A DNA stretch of 63,044 nucleotides, counting the filler, from Thraustochytrium aureum (lineage: Eukaryota), in assembly GCA_012862495.1 (NCBI GenBank). It is 6 parts of 3 records of this genome, joined end to end, with 100 filler letters (N's around TTAATTAATTAA, not from the genome) between each part and the next. Parts side by side here need not be neighbours in the genome. Positions count along the whole stretch, not along the records: positions 1 to 12,650 come from BLSG01000168.1; positions 12,751 to 21,497 come from BLSG01000168.1; positions 21,598 to 29,202 come from BLSG01000168.1; 3 more parts are not named here. One strand, 5' to 3'. Made by a program: the position numbers and the translations under genes. The stretch's first letter is position 1. Each line of letters starts with the position of its first letter. The notes beneath the pieces are model-generated. The model did not search any database, was not told the origin of the DNA, and saw only the letters and a program-made list of their open reading frames with translations. This document shows, in pieces, positions 11,719 to 23,632 of the stretch.

Positions 11719-12650
11719 CTCCCGCCTGCAAGCTCCCTCTCGCCTTATAAACGTACACCTGGCCGAGCCAGCCGCACGACCAACTTGGACTGGGCTAGCA
11801 AGCCTTCGCCGGGCCTTGGGGCGTCGTCAAGGCAGAGCGCTAGCCTGGCCGCGTTGACGTTCACCAGTGCTTGTTCGAGCTGCTAGCTCTAGTGCTCTCG
11901 TGCGCGCGCAAGGCGCCAACGCGGCTGCGCTGCGTGAGAGTCGGTACCGCGAAACGGTGTTGCTTGCGTGGCGCGCGTGGCGGTCTTGCTTGCGTGGAGG
12001 TGTGCTGCTCGAGCAGCCGCCGCAGTGCTGGCAGTGCTGCTCGAGCGTTGTTTCTTCTTGGCTCCAAGAGGGATTGAAACTCTGCCTGCTGTTGCAGAAC
12101 TGTCGGCCTCTCTGGTTGCAACCTCGTGCTGCTCTCGCGGCGCAAGGGTGCGTGCGTTGAGAGAATTTGCACATCCGCCAGCGCCAACGTCCGTCGAACA
12201 AAATGAACCAACGCTCGTTCTCTTATCCTCCAACGCGAACTTCACCGCAGCGAAGTGTGGTGGTACAAACACACAGAGGCCTCCATGTGCAGGACAGGGG
12301 GTTGGCGAGCGCACGGGCAGGGCAGACTCTATCGACCGTCTGGCCCGCGGAAGGGCATCGCGCTGTGAACGTCTGCGCTGCTGGCGCCGTCCAGCTGCAT
12401 CCCCTGCGAGCGCCCGTCGCTCGACGTCGACCCGTGAGTTTTTCCGCGGTATGTCGGCCGCCACGCGGCTTCCGCAAGCGCGTTGGCACAGCACGCGGCG
12501 CCGTCGCATCGGCGACGGAAGCGCTTGGCCGCTGCCCCGCTCCAATCGGCCCGATCTCCGCGCGCGCACGAGGGCAGGCACGCGCCAAGCGTCATCATCG
12601 CGGACGGCCTAGCTCGCGCCGCCTCGAGCCGTCCGTCCAGCCGCCGCCCA

Positions 12651-12750
12651 NNNNNNNNNNNNNNNNNNNNNNNNNNNNNNNNNNNNNNNNNNNNTTAATT
12701 AATTAANNNNNNNNNNNNNNNNNNNNNNNNNNNNNNNNNNNNNNNNNNNN
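12651..12750. other. Artificial contig-joining linker
   Basis: 44 N + TTAATTAATTAA (stops in all six frames) + 44 N; the same cassette occurs five times. Confidence 0.97.
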
Positions 12751-15700
12751 ATCGCAGGGCGCGCGAACCGTTCTGCGAGAGGTTTCCCTCTCGGCTTGTT
12801 GGTATAGTTTTCGCCTCTGGCTCGCCTTTAGTGGCAGCCGCGCTCGAGCAAGACGACGATGCCGGAACAGAGGAAGACCGAGCCAAGCTCGAAGCCGCAC
12901 TGGGGGGCTGGGCCGAGGCCGGCGCATCGAGCCAGGAACTTGGCCGCGGAGAAGCAGCAAACAAAGCAGCAAGGTTGGCCGTGTTCATCCCCGACGCCAG
13001 CGCAACAGCCCTCTCTGAGCGAGGACGCCCAAAGCGAAAGCGCCAGCGCGGCGGCGCCGCGATGGTTCGGAGCAGCTCGACGACCGCCGACGAGCAAGCG
13101 ACAGTCCGCAGCTTGGTGGCACTGATCGACGGCACCAATACAGGCGCTGCTCTCGCTGCTGTCTTGTTCGGACTTGCGGCCGCGTCGCGCTCGCTTCCAG
13201 CGACCGCTTTGGAGCCTCTGCTGAGTGGCCTCGCAGCTATCGAGAGCTTTGGTTTGGTGTTTGCGGGACCGCGCTGCTAGGCCCCGCGTGGCCGCGCGAT
13301 GCGTGCGAGCGCGAGATTGACGACATTCTCAAAGCACTCAACGTGGTTCTCTACTTTTCCGAAGTGCTGCTTGACGCAACCCGCTCAGGCCTAGACACAG
13401 CGGCAAGGCAAAGCTGTAACGAGACGGCCTGCAGGTTTGCGCGCACTGTCGTGCTCGAGCTGGAAGACCGGGTAGCATTCGCGCACGAGCCGGCCTTCAG
13501 CTCGGCTCTGCAAGCCGTCGCACGCGCACACTGGGCATTTGCGCGCGGAGTGATGGCTCGAGATAGCCAGGGCTCGCACAACTTGGCCAAGCAGTCGCTC
13601 GAGCAATCTGCGGCAGCCCTGCGGAAACTCGAGGCCCTCGGGTTCGCCTCAAATCTCCCGCTTCGGCTCGCTCACTGCTCGTTTGATGCGGTGCTGTCAA
13701 CGGAGGCTGTCGCCGCCAAAACTGCGAGTCTCGCGACAAGGCAAGTCGTTCAGCAAGCGAAACTCGATTTTCAAGCGGCTATTGCCCAGCACAGTGCGCC
13801 CAACGCAGAGGCCGCTGCCGCCCTTGAGGGCCCCTTCGTAGCTCTCATGGAGCACCATCTGAAGCAGGGCGGCGACGTCGGCCCGACGCATTTGGCCGAG
13901 CTGGTGGACGAAGAGCGAAGAGCTTTGCACGACGCGAGTGCACCAGCGGTCGCCAAGCGGCGCGACGAGGCCGCGCAGAGGCGGCCAACTCTGGATCTGC
14001 TCGCGATGGGCTCGAGCGGAGTGCCCAACGGGCCGTCGCAGTTTGCCGACCTGGCGATTGCGACGATTCTTACGCTGGCCAGAGAGGGAGGCCTCGACGA
14101 GGACGGAGAGCGCACGCCCGAGTCGCTGCCGAGCCTGGGGGAGCAGGAGCGCGAGCTAGTTGAGAACAAGCCGTCCGCCGACCCAGCTGGCGTCCTCCTC
14201 ACCGTTCGCTGTTTTCGCCACCTGGCTCGCCTCGCCGGCGAGCTGCCTCCAGGCCAGCTCGCTGCTGCAGACTGGGACCGCCTCCTTTCGACGTGCAGCT
14301 CGGTTTCCTTCGTAGCGCCTGACGCGCTCGAGCTTCTCGACAGCGTCCGGATTGTGGCATGCACGGCAGGAAAATCCACCCAGTTTGTGCGGAGCGTCTC
14401 GTCGCTCCTGTGCGCGTGCGCCTTAACCCTGGAACCAGTCTCTCCGAGCAATGCCCGCGAAGCTTTCCTCGCCGCCGTTGGCGCGCCGCCTGGCGGAGTG
14501 CTTGAGCAGGCGTCGAACGGAGTCCTGCCTTTACGGTCGGTCGGCCAGCTCGCTGTTGACGTTTGCAAAGCGCTCTTGGGCGTCCATGGCGCTGGGCACC
14601 ACGTCGCGCTGGCGAAAGGCGACGTTTGGGCGATTGTTTCGCTGAGCTGTTCGGCCGTGATTCTGCTTGGCTCGCTGGGTCGCAAGGCACCGGGCTGGGC
14701 GCGGGATCTTCTTCTTCACGCCCTTCACCTCCCCTTTGCGCGCATGCAGAGGGCGCAGAGGACAGCGGCACCTCTGGCGCGCATGGCGTTCAACTGGTCG
14801 CCTTGGGCCAGCTCGTGATTGAGACCATTAGCGAGAGCTCTTTGGGCCTTGCGCAGCCTCGGGTGGGGCAGGTCTTCCACACCGTGTTCGAGTGCGCGCG
14901 ACAAGTTGCACTGCAGCGCACCATATTGTCACTGCGCAAGCTCTCCCCTCCGTTCTTGCGTGACGGCCTCGAGGTGGTTCGGCAGGACGTGTTGTGCGAT
15001 GCGCTGTGCTTGCTGCACGGCCTTGTAGAGTTCAGCAACCAGCCGGCAAAACTTGACAAGGCAGGCCTGTTTGCGAAGGAGAGCGCGCGGGACCTCTCGA
15101 TTGATCGCGGTCGAATCGCCGCTGCGCTGCGCTCGTCACCTCGCCTTGTTGAGCATCTTGTTGGCTCGCTGAGCGGGTTTTTCGGTGAGGCCTCGCTGTT
15201 GCAGGTGGAGAGCGCGGATGGCCAGGCAGCGTTGCTGCGCTTCTTGCTCAGCTACATGGACAGTCGGTGCGGACTCGACCGCGACTATAAAGACGCCAGG
15301 TACATGGGCCAGCTCATGCATTTTCTCGCCATGCGATTCCTCGCAGTGACAGGGCCCGGCCCTTTCGAGGGGGCCGTTCGAAAGCTCTTGAGACAAACAA
15401 CGCTCAACAACTCAGACGCGCACAGCGATTGCACGTCTGCTGCGAAGAATGGCGAAACGAACGACAGTGCAGCAGATATCGGCAGGGCGCTCCTCGCGCC
15501 CTCAGATACCGCTTCGGCAGAAACAGGCGCAGATCGCGGACCCGAATGTGCTTCTGCAGGCCAAGAAACAAACAGTGCAGAGGCGATGGAGGGCGTCGAA
15601 ACGGGGACAAGCCGCCCGGCAAGCTGCTCGCAGACAAGGACAGCCGATCAACGTGCTGGCGCAAGCCTCAGTGCCGCGATCGGCCAATTTGCGCATCACG

Positions 15701-17999
15701 GCGGGAGTGCTGCCATCGAGATCCTACGGTCGTTGAGGGCCGACACCGCTCTTGACAGCCGCCGCAGGCGATGGCCTGCAGATGCAGTATCGGCAGACGA
15801 AGCTGCGCAGCGCCTTGTCCTGTATCTGTCGGACACGCTCAACGACGCGCTTCCAAGCACCGACCCTGTCTGCGTGAGCAAGAAAGCGCAAGATCAAGCG
15901 GCGGAGCACGTGTCGCTCCTGCATACCTACCTCGAGAGCCTTTCCGTCGACCTTTCGTTCAATCCCTGGCGGTTCACGAGCTGGTACCATGCTGGCGCGA
16001 CGCAAAACCGGCTTCGGAGGCACGCGCTCTCCCTCCCCAAGTTGTGCAGCGTCATGGTGGATGTCTATGACCAGTACGACGCGCACGAGCGGGCCACTGC
16101 ACCGCAAGACGACCCGATAGTCTCCACATCCGCAGCCGCCCTCCTGGACGCCCGCTGTCGCGCGACTGCGGAGTTCGAACAAGCGGTGGGCTCAAGCTAT
16201 CAGGATGCGGTCCATAGCTGGGAAGCTGCCATCGAGATTGCCAAGGCGGAAGTCGCCGAGTTTGCCGGGAAAGAGCTGGACAGCGCCTTCGAGCCGAGCT
16301 TGCTGAGCAACGTGCGGTGCCGTTTGCGCGGCGAGGAGGGAGAATGGGCTGACGCGGTGGTAACGCGGCTCAACGACGATGGCACTGTGGACCTCTATTA
16401 CGAGGAGATCGACGAGCTTGAGTTTGGTGTCCCACGCGACAAAATTGCCGGCAGATCGGATGCGCTCAGGACTTGCAGCCAGGACCCTGATATACGAACA
16501 CTGCTGATGGACAGCCAGCTGCATCTAGGACAGCTGCTCTACTCTAGCCTAACGTGGCTGCGTCGGCTTGCCCCAGAGCTGGTTGTGCCTTGCGCCCGGC
16601 GAGCAAATGCCTGCTTTGCTCAGGCCGAGCGGGATGCGGAAGAAGCCCGGGAGGAGCTCGCTACGCGATTGGCTTGCGCGTCGGGCGCAGCTGGTGCCAA
16701 CACCGACCCGCCCGAGGCCGCGGCCGGAAAGGGGAAGGGCGACACGGTGCCGCTTGAGCCGCACAAGGCCAAGTATATGCGAGCCAGGCTTTTGAACAAG
16801 GTGCCTGAAGTTGGCGTCGGCGCGGCGCAGGTTCTCACCCTCCTCGCAGAGTCGCTTGAGCTGGCGCCAGAGGCGGGCAGGGCGCACGATATCACCAAGT
16901 CAGAGGTGCTGTACCGGCTTCACGCGACCGAGTAAAACTGCTCGCCCGCGAGCTGCCGGCGTTGAAGGCTACGGGTTCGACTGACTTGTTTGTTAGTGGC
17001 GAGTTGCGCGATCTTGCGCTTGCCGCTGTGGAGCTCCGCGGAAAACCGGATGATGTTCACCCGGCGGCGGTTCACGTCGTCAAAGACTGCCTCCTTGTGT
17101 TTGAGCGTCTGGCCACTGAGAAGGACGGCCCCAACTTTCGTGCGCGGTACCGCTTTGCGAATGTCGTGGAGCAACTCGGCGCGCTACTTCGGGACGAACG
17201 TCGCAAGTACGTAGATCGCGCGCTCATCTTGATGGACCCTATGTTCGACAGCGGTGCGTCAGCGGCGCTTTCCGCCGTTCTGTATCCAGAGTACGTGCAG
17301 CGCTTTGAGGCTCTCGAGCGCCCGTGGTTTCTCAACGAGGTTCGGCGCCTGAAATACACCAAGCAGTACCTTCGACTCTGCGAGAGCAACGGGGACATTG
17401 AGCGTGCGGCGCACGTTCTCCACCTCTTCTTGGACAAAAAGTGGGAGCGTGACCTCCACCATGCAACGCTCTTGCGCGCAGCCTGCTCCGCGTTTCACGC
17501 GGTTTGCGGGATGATCAACGCTCGGGTATTGGTGGCACAGACCAACCAGCACGAGGTAGGCTCGCGCGAGGCGGGCCAGCCTGCGCTGCTGGCTGCGCAC
17601 AAGGCAGAGCTGGGTTTGGCCTACGTCCTTCATCTTGACGCCGTCGCCTTGGTTGCATTGACCAGCTCCGTGGAGCTGTTGGCCGGCGAAGGGCGCCGGG
17701 TTGAGCAAGCTAGCAACCGGCTGCTGTGCGCAGCCTTTTCCGTTGCAATCGGCGAGTCATGCGCGGATCCTGCCCAGGCCGGCGCTGAAAAGCTCAAGCA
17801 AGTGATTCGGGCGTGCGAGAAGGAGTGGCCCAGCGTGAAGAAGGCGCGGCGCGGCAACTCGCGGAAGAGCCGCGGAGCCAGCTCCAACACTGACGCCCCC
17901 GTTGCTTCTGTGGCAGCGCGCCCGTCGTCGGAGGCGGTTGGCGCCGTGCATGATGAAAGTGAGCCCCACACGCAGTTGACCGCTGCCCCTCTCCCGTAG
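12751..17999 (+). CDS. CABIN1: CABIN1/HIR3-like HIRA-complex subunit (5'-partial; intron 13252-13334; indels near 14730 and 16929)
   Basis: Blocks RAHWAFARG...LRLAHCSFDAVLS, DLSFNPWRFTSW, EVLYRLHA(T/RVKLL) and FRARYRFA resemble CABIN1 RVYWLKAR...RLPN..NDSVVS, DICICPNRFDSW, ELYYRLHAS.LKLL and YKSLYRLA. Confidence 0.7.
13252..13334 (+). other. Spliceosomal intron (83 nt)
   Basis: GT...TTGAC...AAAG; removal joins ORF 12831 in frame to ORF 13343. Confidence 0.7.
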
Positions 18000-18180
18000 A
18001 GTTCCTGGTGTCTCAACACTCAATCAGGTTTGGCAAGGTTTGAGGCGGACTGCACTCAGGACAACTGTTTTCTTTTCAAACGAAGGCCGATGCCCATTTC
18101 TCTGCTGCCTCACAGCGTCTGTGCGCTATGTGCGCTGCAGATGGGCCTTGGAAGGCCTCGGTGTCCGGGGGCTCTCTCTA

Positions 18181-19371
18181 CTAGATGCAGTCAAAGTCGT
18201 CCAGACGCTCGCGGTCGATCTGGCGCTGCTTGCGGGCCTGCTCGTGTTCTTGCTTGCGCTGCTGGATGGCCTCGAGCACAGCATCCGCAAAGTCGTCGCT
18301 GCACAGGTCGCGGGGCCTTTGGCCAAGCAGGTTTGCCGCGTTCAAGTCTGCTCCCTGGTCAATCAGCAACACGCTCGCCTCCCATGCTTCCGCCATGAAA
18401 GCCATGTGCAGGGCCGAGTTGCCATACCGGTTTGTCGAGCCGACAGTGTCCGCCCCAAGGTCCAGAAGCCACTCCAGTCGCGCGGCGTCGTTGCCCTGCG
18501 CCGCCTTTAGAAGCGAGGTTGTTTTGAATGCTGCGCGGCACCGCGGAAGGACCGCGTGGTTTGCATGGCCGGGGTCCCTCGCTGGGCCCTGCTCTATGCA
18601 CTCGACCGGAAGCCTGCCTTTTGCGTCAAGCACATCGAGGCGGGCCCCAAGGCGCACGAGGTACTCCAGCGCTGCGATTTGGCCGTGCAGCGCAGCAGCG
18701 TGGACTGCGCCAAGGCCGCAAGGCGCAAGCGCGTCGACGTGAAACTTGCCGCCCTTCGCGTGCTTGCGGAACACTGACATCATGTCCTCGACTGCGCCGT
18801 GACGCGCAAACTGCACAAAACGCGTCTGGGCTGCAGAGTCGACCAGCTCGCCTTGCAGAGGAGCAGAGCCCGCCTGCGTGTCGAGTTGGGTTGAGGAGCG
18901 TTGGTTTTTGACGAAGAGCCCGCTGAAGGCGTGCTGGCGCGCGTTTGCACCGCGCTGTGGTGCAGCTTGCCGCCTTTCCTGTTCTGACGGCAAGCGCGCA
19001 ATAGTAAAGTGCTCTGCTATGGAGCGCTCGATGATCTCCAGCTTCTGGTTCGCGAGGGCTCGTTCGGGGTCGAGCCTCAAGCGCCTCGCCGTCGTCGCGC
19101 GGGTCGGGTCGCACCGCGAGGCGTTCTGTCCAGGCCCGACTTTGCGCTCCTGGCGCTCTCGCTCGCGGGCGATGCGTTGGAGGGCCTGGTCTTGTTTTGA
19201 GGCGTGCTCGAGAAGAGCAGCCGCGGCACGCTGGCTCACCATGAGGTTGTCGAGTGCTGTGAACGACCGAAACGGCCTTGGCTCTGCCTCCAGGTTGCTG
19301 TCAAAACCGACGGCAAGCCTGGCCTCACGGCGCCGGGCTCGTTCTCGTGCAGTATGTCTGTAGTATGCCAT
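18181..19371 (-). CDS. Ankyrin-repeat protein with coiled-coil segments
   Basis: GLGAVHAAALHGQIAALEYLV, DAKGRLPV, YGNSALHMA, NLLGQRPRDL. Start could instead be ATG 19539. Confidence 0.75.
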   Translation of the reverse strand: MAYYRHTARERARRREARLAVGFDSNLEAEPRPFRSFTALDNLMVSQRAAAALLEHASKQDQALQRIARERERQERKVGPGQNASRCDPTRATTARRLRLDPERALANQKLEIIERSIAEHFTIARLPSEQERRQAAPQRGANARQHAFSGLFVKNQRSSTQLDTQAGSAPLQGELVDSAAQTRFVQFARHGAVEDMMSVFRKHAKGGKFHVDALAPCGLGAVHAAALHGQIAALEYLVRLGARLDVLDAKGRLPVECIEQGPARDPGHANHAVLPRCRAAFKTTSLLKAAQGNDAARLEWLLDLGADTVGSTNRYGNSALHMAFMAEAWEASVLLIDQGADLNAANLLGQRPRDLCSDDFADAVLEAIQQRKQEHEQARKQRQIDRERLDDFDCI

Positions 19372-20321
19372 AGCAAACCCGTTCGCACTGACACGGCCCA
19401 GTCCACCTACGCCCGGTCTTGTCTTCGCCGCCTTGGATCCTGCATTTGCTTCGCCGCCTCGTTCGCCACCTTCCCCGCCGTCTCTACAACCCCCCGCGCG
19501 CAGCGTCCGTCCAGTGAATCTCGACGCATACTCGTACATCGCCGGAGTCAACACGACGGCCGTCAGTGGCGAGCGGCGCACCAGCGCCCGCGCCGCGCTG
19601 CTCGTAAAACCTCGTTGACAACCTTGCCGAGCTGCCCACGGCGCACGTACTTTACGCAGCCCCTGCGTAGACTTGCGCGAGTAACCAACCCGACCAACCA
19701 ACCAACCAACACACCGAGGCACTTCAGCCCGCGTGCGAACCCACCGACTCGAACGACTAGTTCACCCCGAGCGTCGTTCGTTGCACGTCCTGCAGCCCAT
19801 CCGACGCACGAGCACGTCCACGTGCGCATGCGCATGCACACGCACACGCACTGGCACGCACGCACGNNNNNNNNNNNNNNNNNNNNNNNNNNNNNNNNNN
19901 NNNNNNNNNNNNNNNNNNNNNNNNNNNNNNNNNNNNNNNNNNNNNNNNNNNNNNNNNNNNNNNNNNNNNNNNNNNNNNNNNNNNNNNNNNNNNNNNNNNN
20001 NAGCTCCAAAGGCGCCAACGCGTACAACCGCGCACGCACGCTCTGCATCGAACGCGTCCGTCCTGCTCTCCATCGTACGGCTGCAACGGCTGAAATGCAC
20101 GTGCAGGGCTGCAATGCACATCTACCTCCACTGTTGGAGGTCAGGCGGTCGTTCGATGGCCGCAGACCCCTAACGCTCTCGTGCGCTCGCTGCCTGCAGC
20201 GCAGAGGGAGGCGCGCGAGGAGGCGGCGCGAGGCGTACGGCCTGGTTTGGTTCCGGCGGCCGCCGGCGGTGGCGGCTGCAGGCGGGCTGGCTTGCTGAGG
20301 TGGCGTGCCTGGTTCGGCGCG

Positions 20322-21497
20322 ATGCTTTTCCAGGTGTTCTTGGCGGATAACTCGCACCGAATGGTGGATGTCGCCGAGGAGGACACGGTTTCGGTGAGTC
20401 GTGCGTGCGTGCGCGCGCGCGTGCGTGCGTGTTTGTCTGCCGGCCGGGCGGGATGCAGAGGCGCTGACGTTGCTATCGAGCGCAGGATGTCTGTGGGTTG
20501 ATGGCGCGAAAGCTCGGGCTGCAGGACGCGGCGCGAGTCGCTGCGCTGCTCGGCCTCTTCTTGAGCATGGATGCCAAGGCGGCGCTTGAAGCCGCAAGGC
20601 CAACGGAGAGTGCCGTCGCTGTGTTCAAGAGTTGCTACAAGGTTGTGCTCAAGCTCGCCGTCATCTCGGACGGCTGCCTTCAGTCCCGCGACCCTGGGCT
20701 GTTGCACTTGCTATACATCCAAACAGCGCATGATATTGCGGTAGGGCTTTGCCCTTGCGGGCTCGAGCACTTTGAGCGCCTCGCTGCGTTGCAGCTCCAC
20801 CAAAGGTTTGGCGTTTTCAATCCCCACGTGCACAGCGAGAGTTTTGTTGTGGAGCGGCTCTTGGAGCTTGTTCCTGCTCAAGCCTGCGCGTTGAAGAAGG
20901 GCTCACGCTGGGCCGCGGATATTTTAAAGGTCTACCGAACGCTCGCGGAGCGGCGTACCGACCCCGTCGTCGAGTTTCTCGGGATCGCGCAGGGGCTCGA
21001 TTTTTTTGGATCGACTTGCAGCCCTGTGGAGGGCCACTCGGGTCCTGGCCTTGCGCGCGGGCAGCACGGCATCCTTGCAGTCGGTAGACGCGGCGTAGTG
21101 CTATACGACGACGAAGAGGACCCGCCAGCGCCGATCCGGCGATTTGCTTGGGACGAGCTCAAGGGGTGGGGTGTACGAGGAAATGGGGCCCGCGTGGCAC
21201 TCTTGCTGGCTGCAGGCTCAAATCCAGCGCGGTCGGGGCCGGAGGAGATTGTTGAGCTAGAGTCCGCTTGCGACGCGGTCGGCATCTGCCTGAATTTGAC
21301 TGCGACTGCGAAGGCTGTTTTGGACGAGTCCAAGCAAGCCGGCAGAGGCAGCATCGGGCGGCAGGTGTCGACACTTAGCGAGCCAGTTCGCGAGGCCCCG
21401 AACGCCGCGGGGCCTGTGGCAGGCTTTGACGATCCGACGGCCACCAGCCTCTCCGAGCAGGTCCCGGGTTTGGACACGCGGAGGACCTCCGAGGTAG
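20322..21497 (+). CDS. FERM-domain protein (intron 20394-20485; 3' end at contig edge)
   Basis: MLFQVFLADNSHRMVDV..DTVS|DVCGLMARKLGL (F1), LHLLYIQ...PC..EHFERLAALQL (F2), FFGST...ILAVGRRGV (F3). Intron GTGAGT...GCTGAC...CGCAG restores the frame. Confidence 0.75.
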
Positions 21498-21597
21498 NNN
21501 NNNNNNNNNNNNNNNNNNNNNNNNNNNNNNNNNNNNNNNNNTTAATTAATTAANNNNNNNNNNNNNNNNNNNNNNNNNNNNNNNNNNNNNNNNNNNN
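21498..21597. other. Artificial contig-joining linker
   Basis: 44 N + TTAATTAATTAA + 44 N. Confidence 0.97.
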
Positions 21598-21943
21598 TGA
21601 CCTTGGCACAGGGACCGCCGACCGAGTTGGGGATGGTACTGCGGCCCGCGGCTGCCTTAAGGCAAGCGGAGGTGAGTTTGGGAGCGGAGCAAAGGACGAT
21701 TCGGTGAATGATCTGTGCTGACAAAGGGGAGTGCGCCAGGCGCTCCTGCACAGCGTCCGCGCCGCGGCGGTCGCGAAAGGCGACGAGCTGAGCCACTTGG
21801 AGAAGGCCTGTCGAACAAAGTTGTGCCAGTAAGCCGGACTTGTGAGCGGGGCGGTTTGCGCAGCACATTTGGAGCGAACGCTAACCGCAGGCGCACCGAG
21901 CCGCTAACTTTACTGCGCAAGGCTCGAGGAGCTGTGCCGGCAT

Positions 21944-22786
21944 ATGAGCGAAATCAGCATCGAAGTCGGCGAGATGGACGCCCACGTGAGCTGGCGGGAC
22001 AGTTTGCTGTCAAATCGGCGCTCCATTCTGGCCATTGCGCAGCGTCAGGTCGAAGAGAGGGCCGCAGAGACTCGGTTCTTGGAGCGCAAGCTTGACAATC
22101 TCAGCAGACTTGAGCGTGCACAAGCGGTTCAACTCGAAGAAAGGCGCAAACGGCTGTCCCAGGTTGTGGAGAAGCGCGATGCACTGCGTGGCGCCATCGC
22201 AGCGGCGAGACAAGTGGCGGCTGTCACTCAGGCCGCAACGGCCGCCCAGCTCGACGTTGCAAAACGTGCTCTCCGTGCAGCACAAGAAGAAGCAACAGAG
22301 GAACAGAAACGCGGCGACCTGGCCAAGGTCGACCTCGAGCGCGCCGAAGCTCGCCACAGCAAAAGCGCCGCGCGATGCTCGTCCCTTTTTGGAGAGATTG
22401 AGAGCGCCTCGCGCACAGTCGCTGCTCGCCGAGAAGCGGCTGATCGAACGCGGTCAACTTCGGCACTGCTAGCGAGCCTGAAGGCCGCGCTCGTGGAGCG
22501 CGAGGTTGCAGAACGCGTCATTTCAGAGACCGCGGAACGTGCGATGGTCAAACTTGAGGCCCAACGCACCCAGCAACGCGCTGCTCTGGAGGATGGCCTG
22601 GCAAAGACGCTGGCCCGCCTTTCGCAGCGACTGAGCCGCGCATCAGGCGCCCGAGCCAGTCTTGAAAACCAAGTCGCAAAGGCCTCCCGAATATCGGCGA
22701 AGAGGCAAACACGCGATGGCGAAGAGAAACGGGGCGAGCAGACAAGCCCATCTCAAAGCTGGTCCAACCGGAAACGGCAGCGATAG
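21944..22786 (+). CDS. Uncharacterised coiled-coil protein (may continue across the gap to stop 23548)
   Basis: 280-aa ATG ORF rich in A/E/R/Q with heptad character; no family recognised. Confidence 0.5.
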   Translation: MSEISIEVGEMDAHVSWRDSLLSNRRSILAIAQRQVEERAAETRFLERKLDNLSRLERAQAVQLEERRKRLSQVVEKRDALRGAIAAARQVAAVTQAATAAQLDVAKRALRAAQEEATEEQKRGDLAKVDLERAEARHSKSAARCSSLFGEIESASRTVAARREAADRTRSTSALLASLKAALVEREVAERVISETAERAMVKLEAQRTQQRAALEDGLAKTLARLSQRLSRASGARASLENQVAKASRISAKRQTRDGEEKRGEQTSPSQSWSNRKRQR

Positions 22787-23632
22787 CGCGGAAAAGCCNN
22801 NNNNNNNNNNNNNNNNNNNNNNNNNNNNNNNNNNNNNNNNNNNNNNNNNNNNNNNNNNNNNNNNNNNNNNNNNNNNNNNNNNNNNNNNNNNNNNNNNNNN
22901 NNNNNNNNNNNNNNNNNNNNNNNNNNNNNNNNNNNNNNNNNNNNNNNNNNNNNNNNNNNNNNNNNNNNNNNNNNNNNNNNNNNNNNNNNNNNNNNNNNNN
23001 NNNNNNNNNNNNNNNNNNNNNNNNNNNNNNNNNNNNNNNNNNNNNNNNNNNNNNNNNNNNNNNNNNNNNNNNNNNNNNNNNNNNNNNNNNNNNNNNNNNN
23101 NNNNNNNNNNNNNNNNNNNNNNNNNNNNNNNNNNNNNNNNNNNNNNTGTTCAGGCTCAGGGAAACCAGTAAAAGAGGTGCCAACCGCCGTCCCTCCTCGC
23201 GTGCCATCTCCGAAACACAAGGCGGCTGCCCAGCGCAAGCGAATGATGGCGTACGACTCGTCGTCCAATAGTGCGGGCAATTCGGAAAACGACGACGACA
23301 CTCATGCCGAAGCGAAGGTATTCTCACGCAAATCGCCTGTCCTGCGTCGCAATACCGGGTTTCAGCGCCGAGCCAAGGGAACTGGCGCACACGCAAGGCC
23401 GCAACAACAGCCTGGTGCGGCTTCGCACGGCTTTCGCAAGCGGCCGCGACGAGCTTGTGCCCGCATGAATGCGGCCTCGGGAAAGCCGGGTGCAGGCACT
23501 GAAGACACCGACATGGACCTCTTCAACGACTCGTTCGCGCTGACCTGAGCATGAGGCATGCGCACACCGCTTTGCTCGAGCCTGGTGAAACCGGACGAGA
23601 GTGAAAGATGAGTTCACACGAATGAAAGAAAG

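Noticed and set aside
11719..12650. Several 100-230 aa ORFs upstream of PKD2
   Set aside because: Arg/Ala-rich ORFs expected by chance at high GC, with no recognisable domain; probably UTR, intron or promoter sequence.
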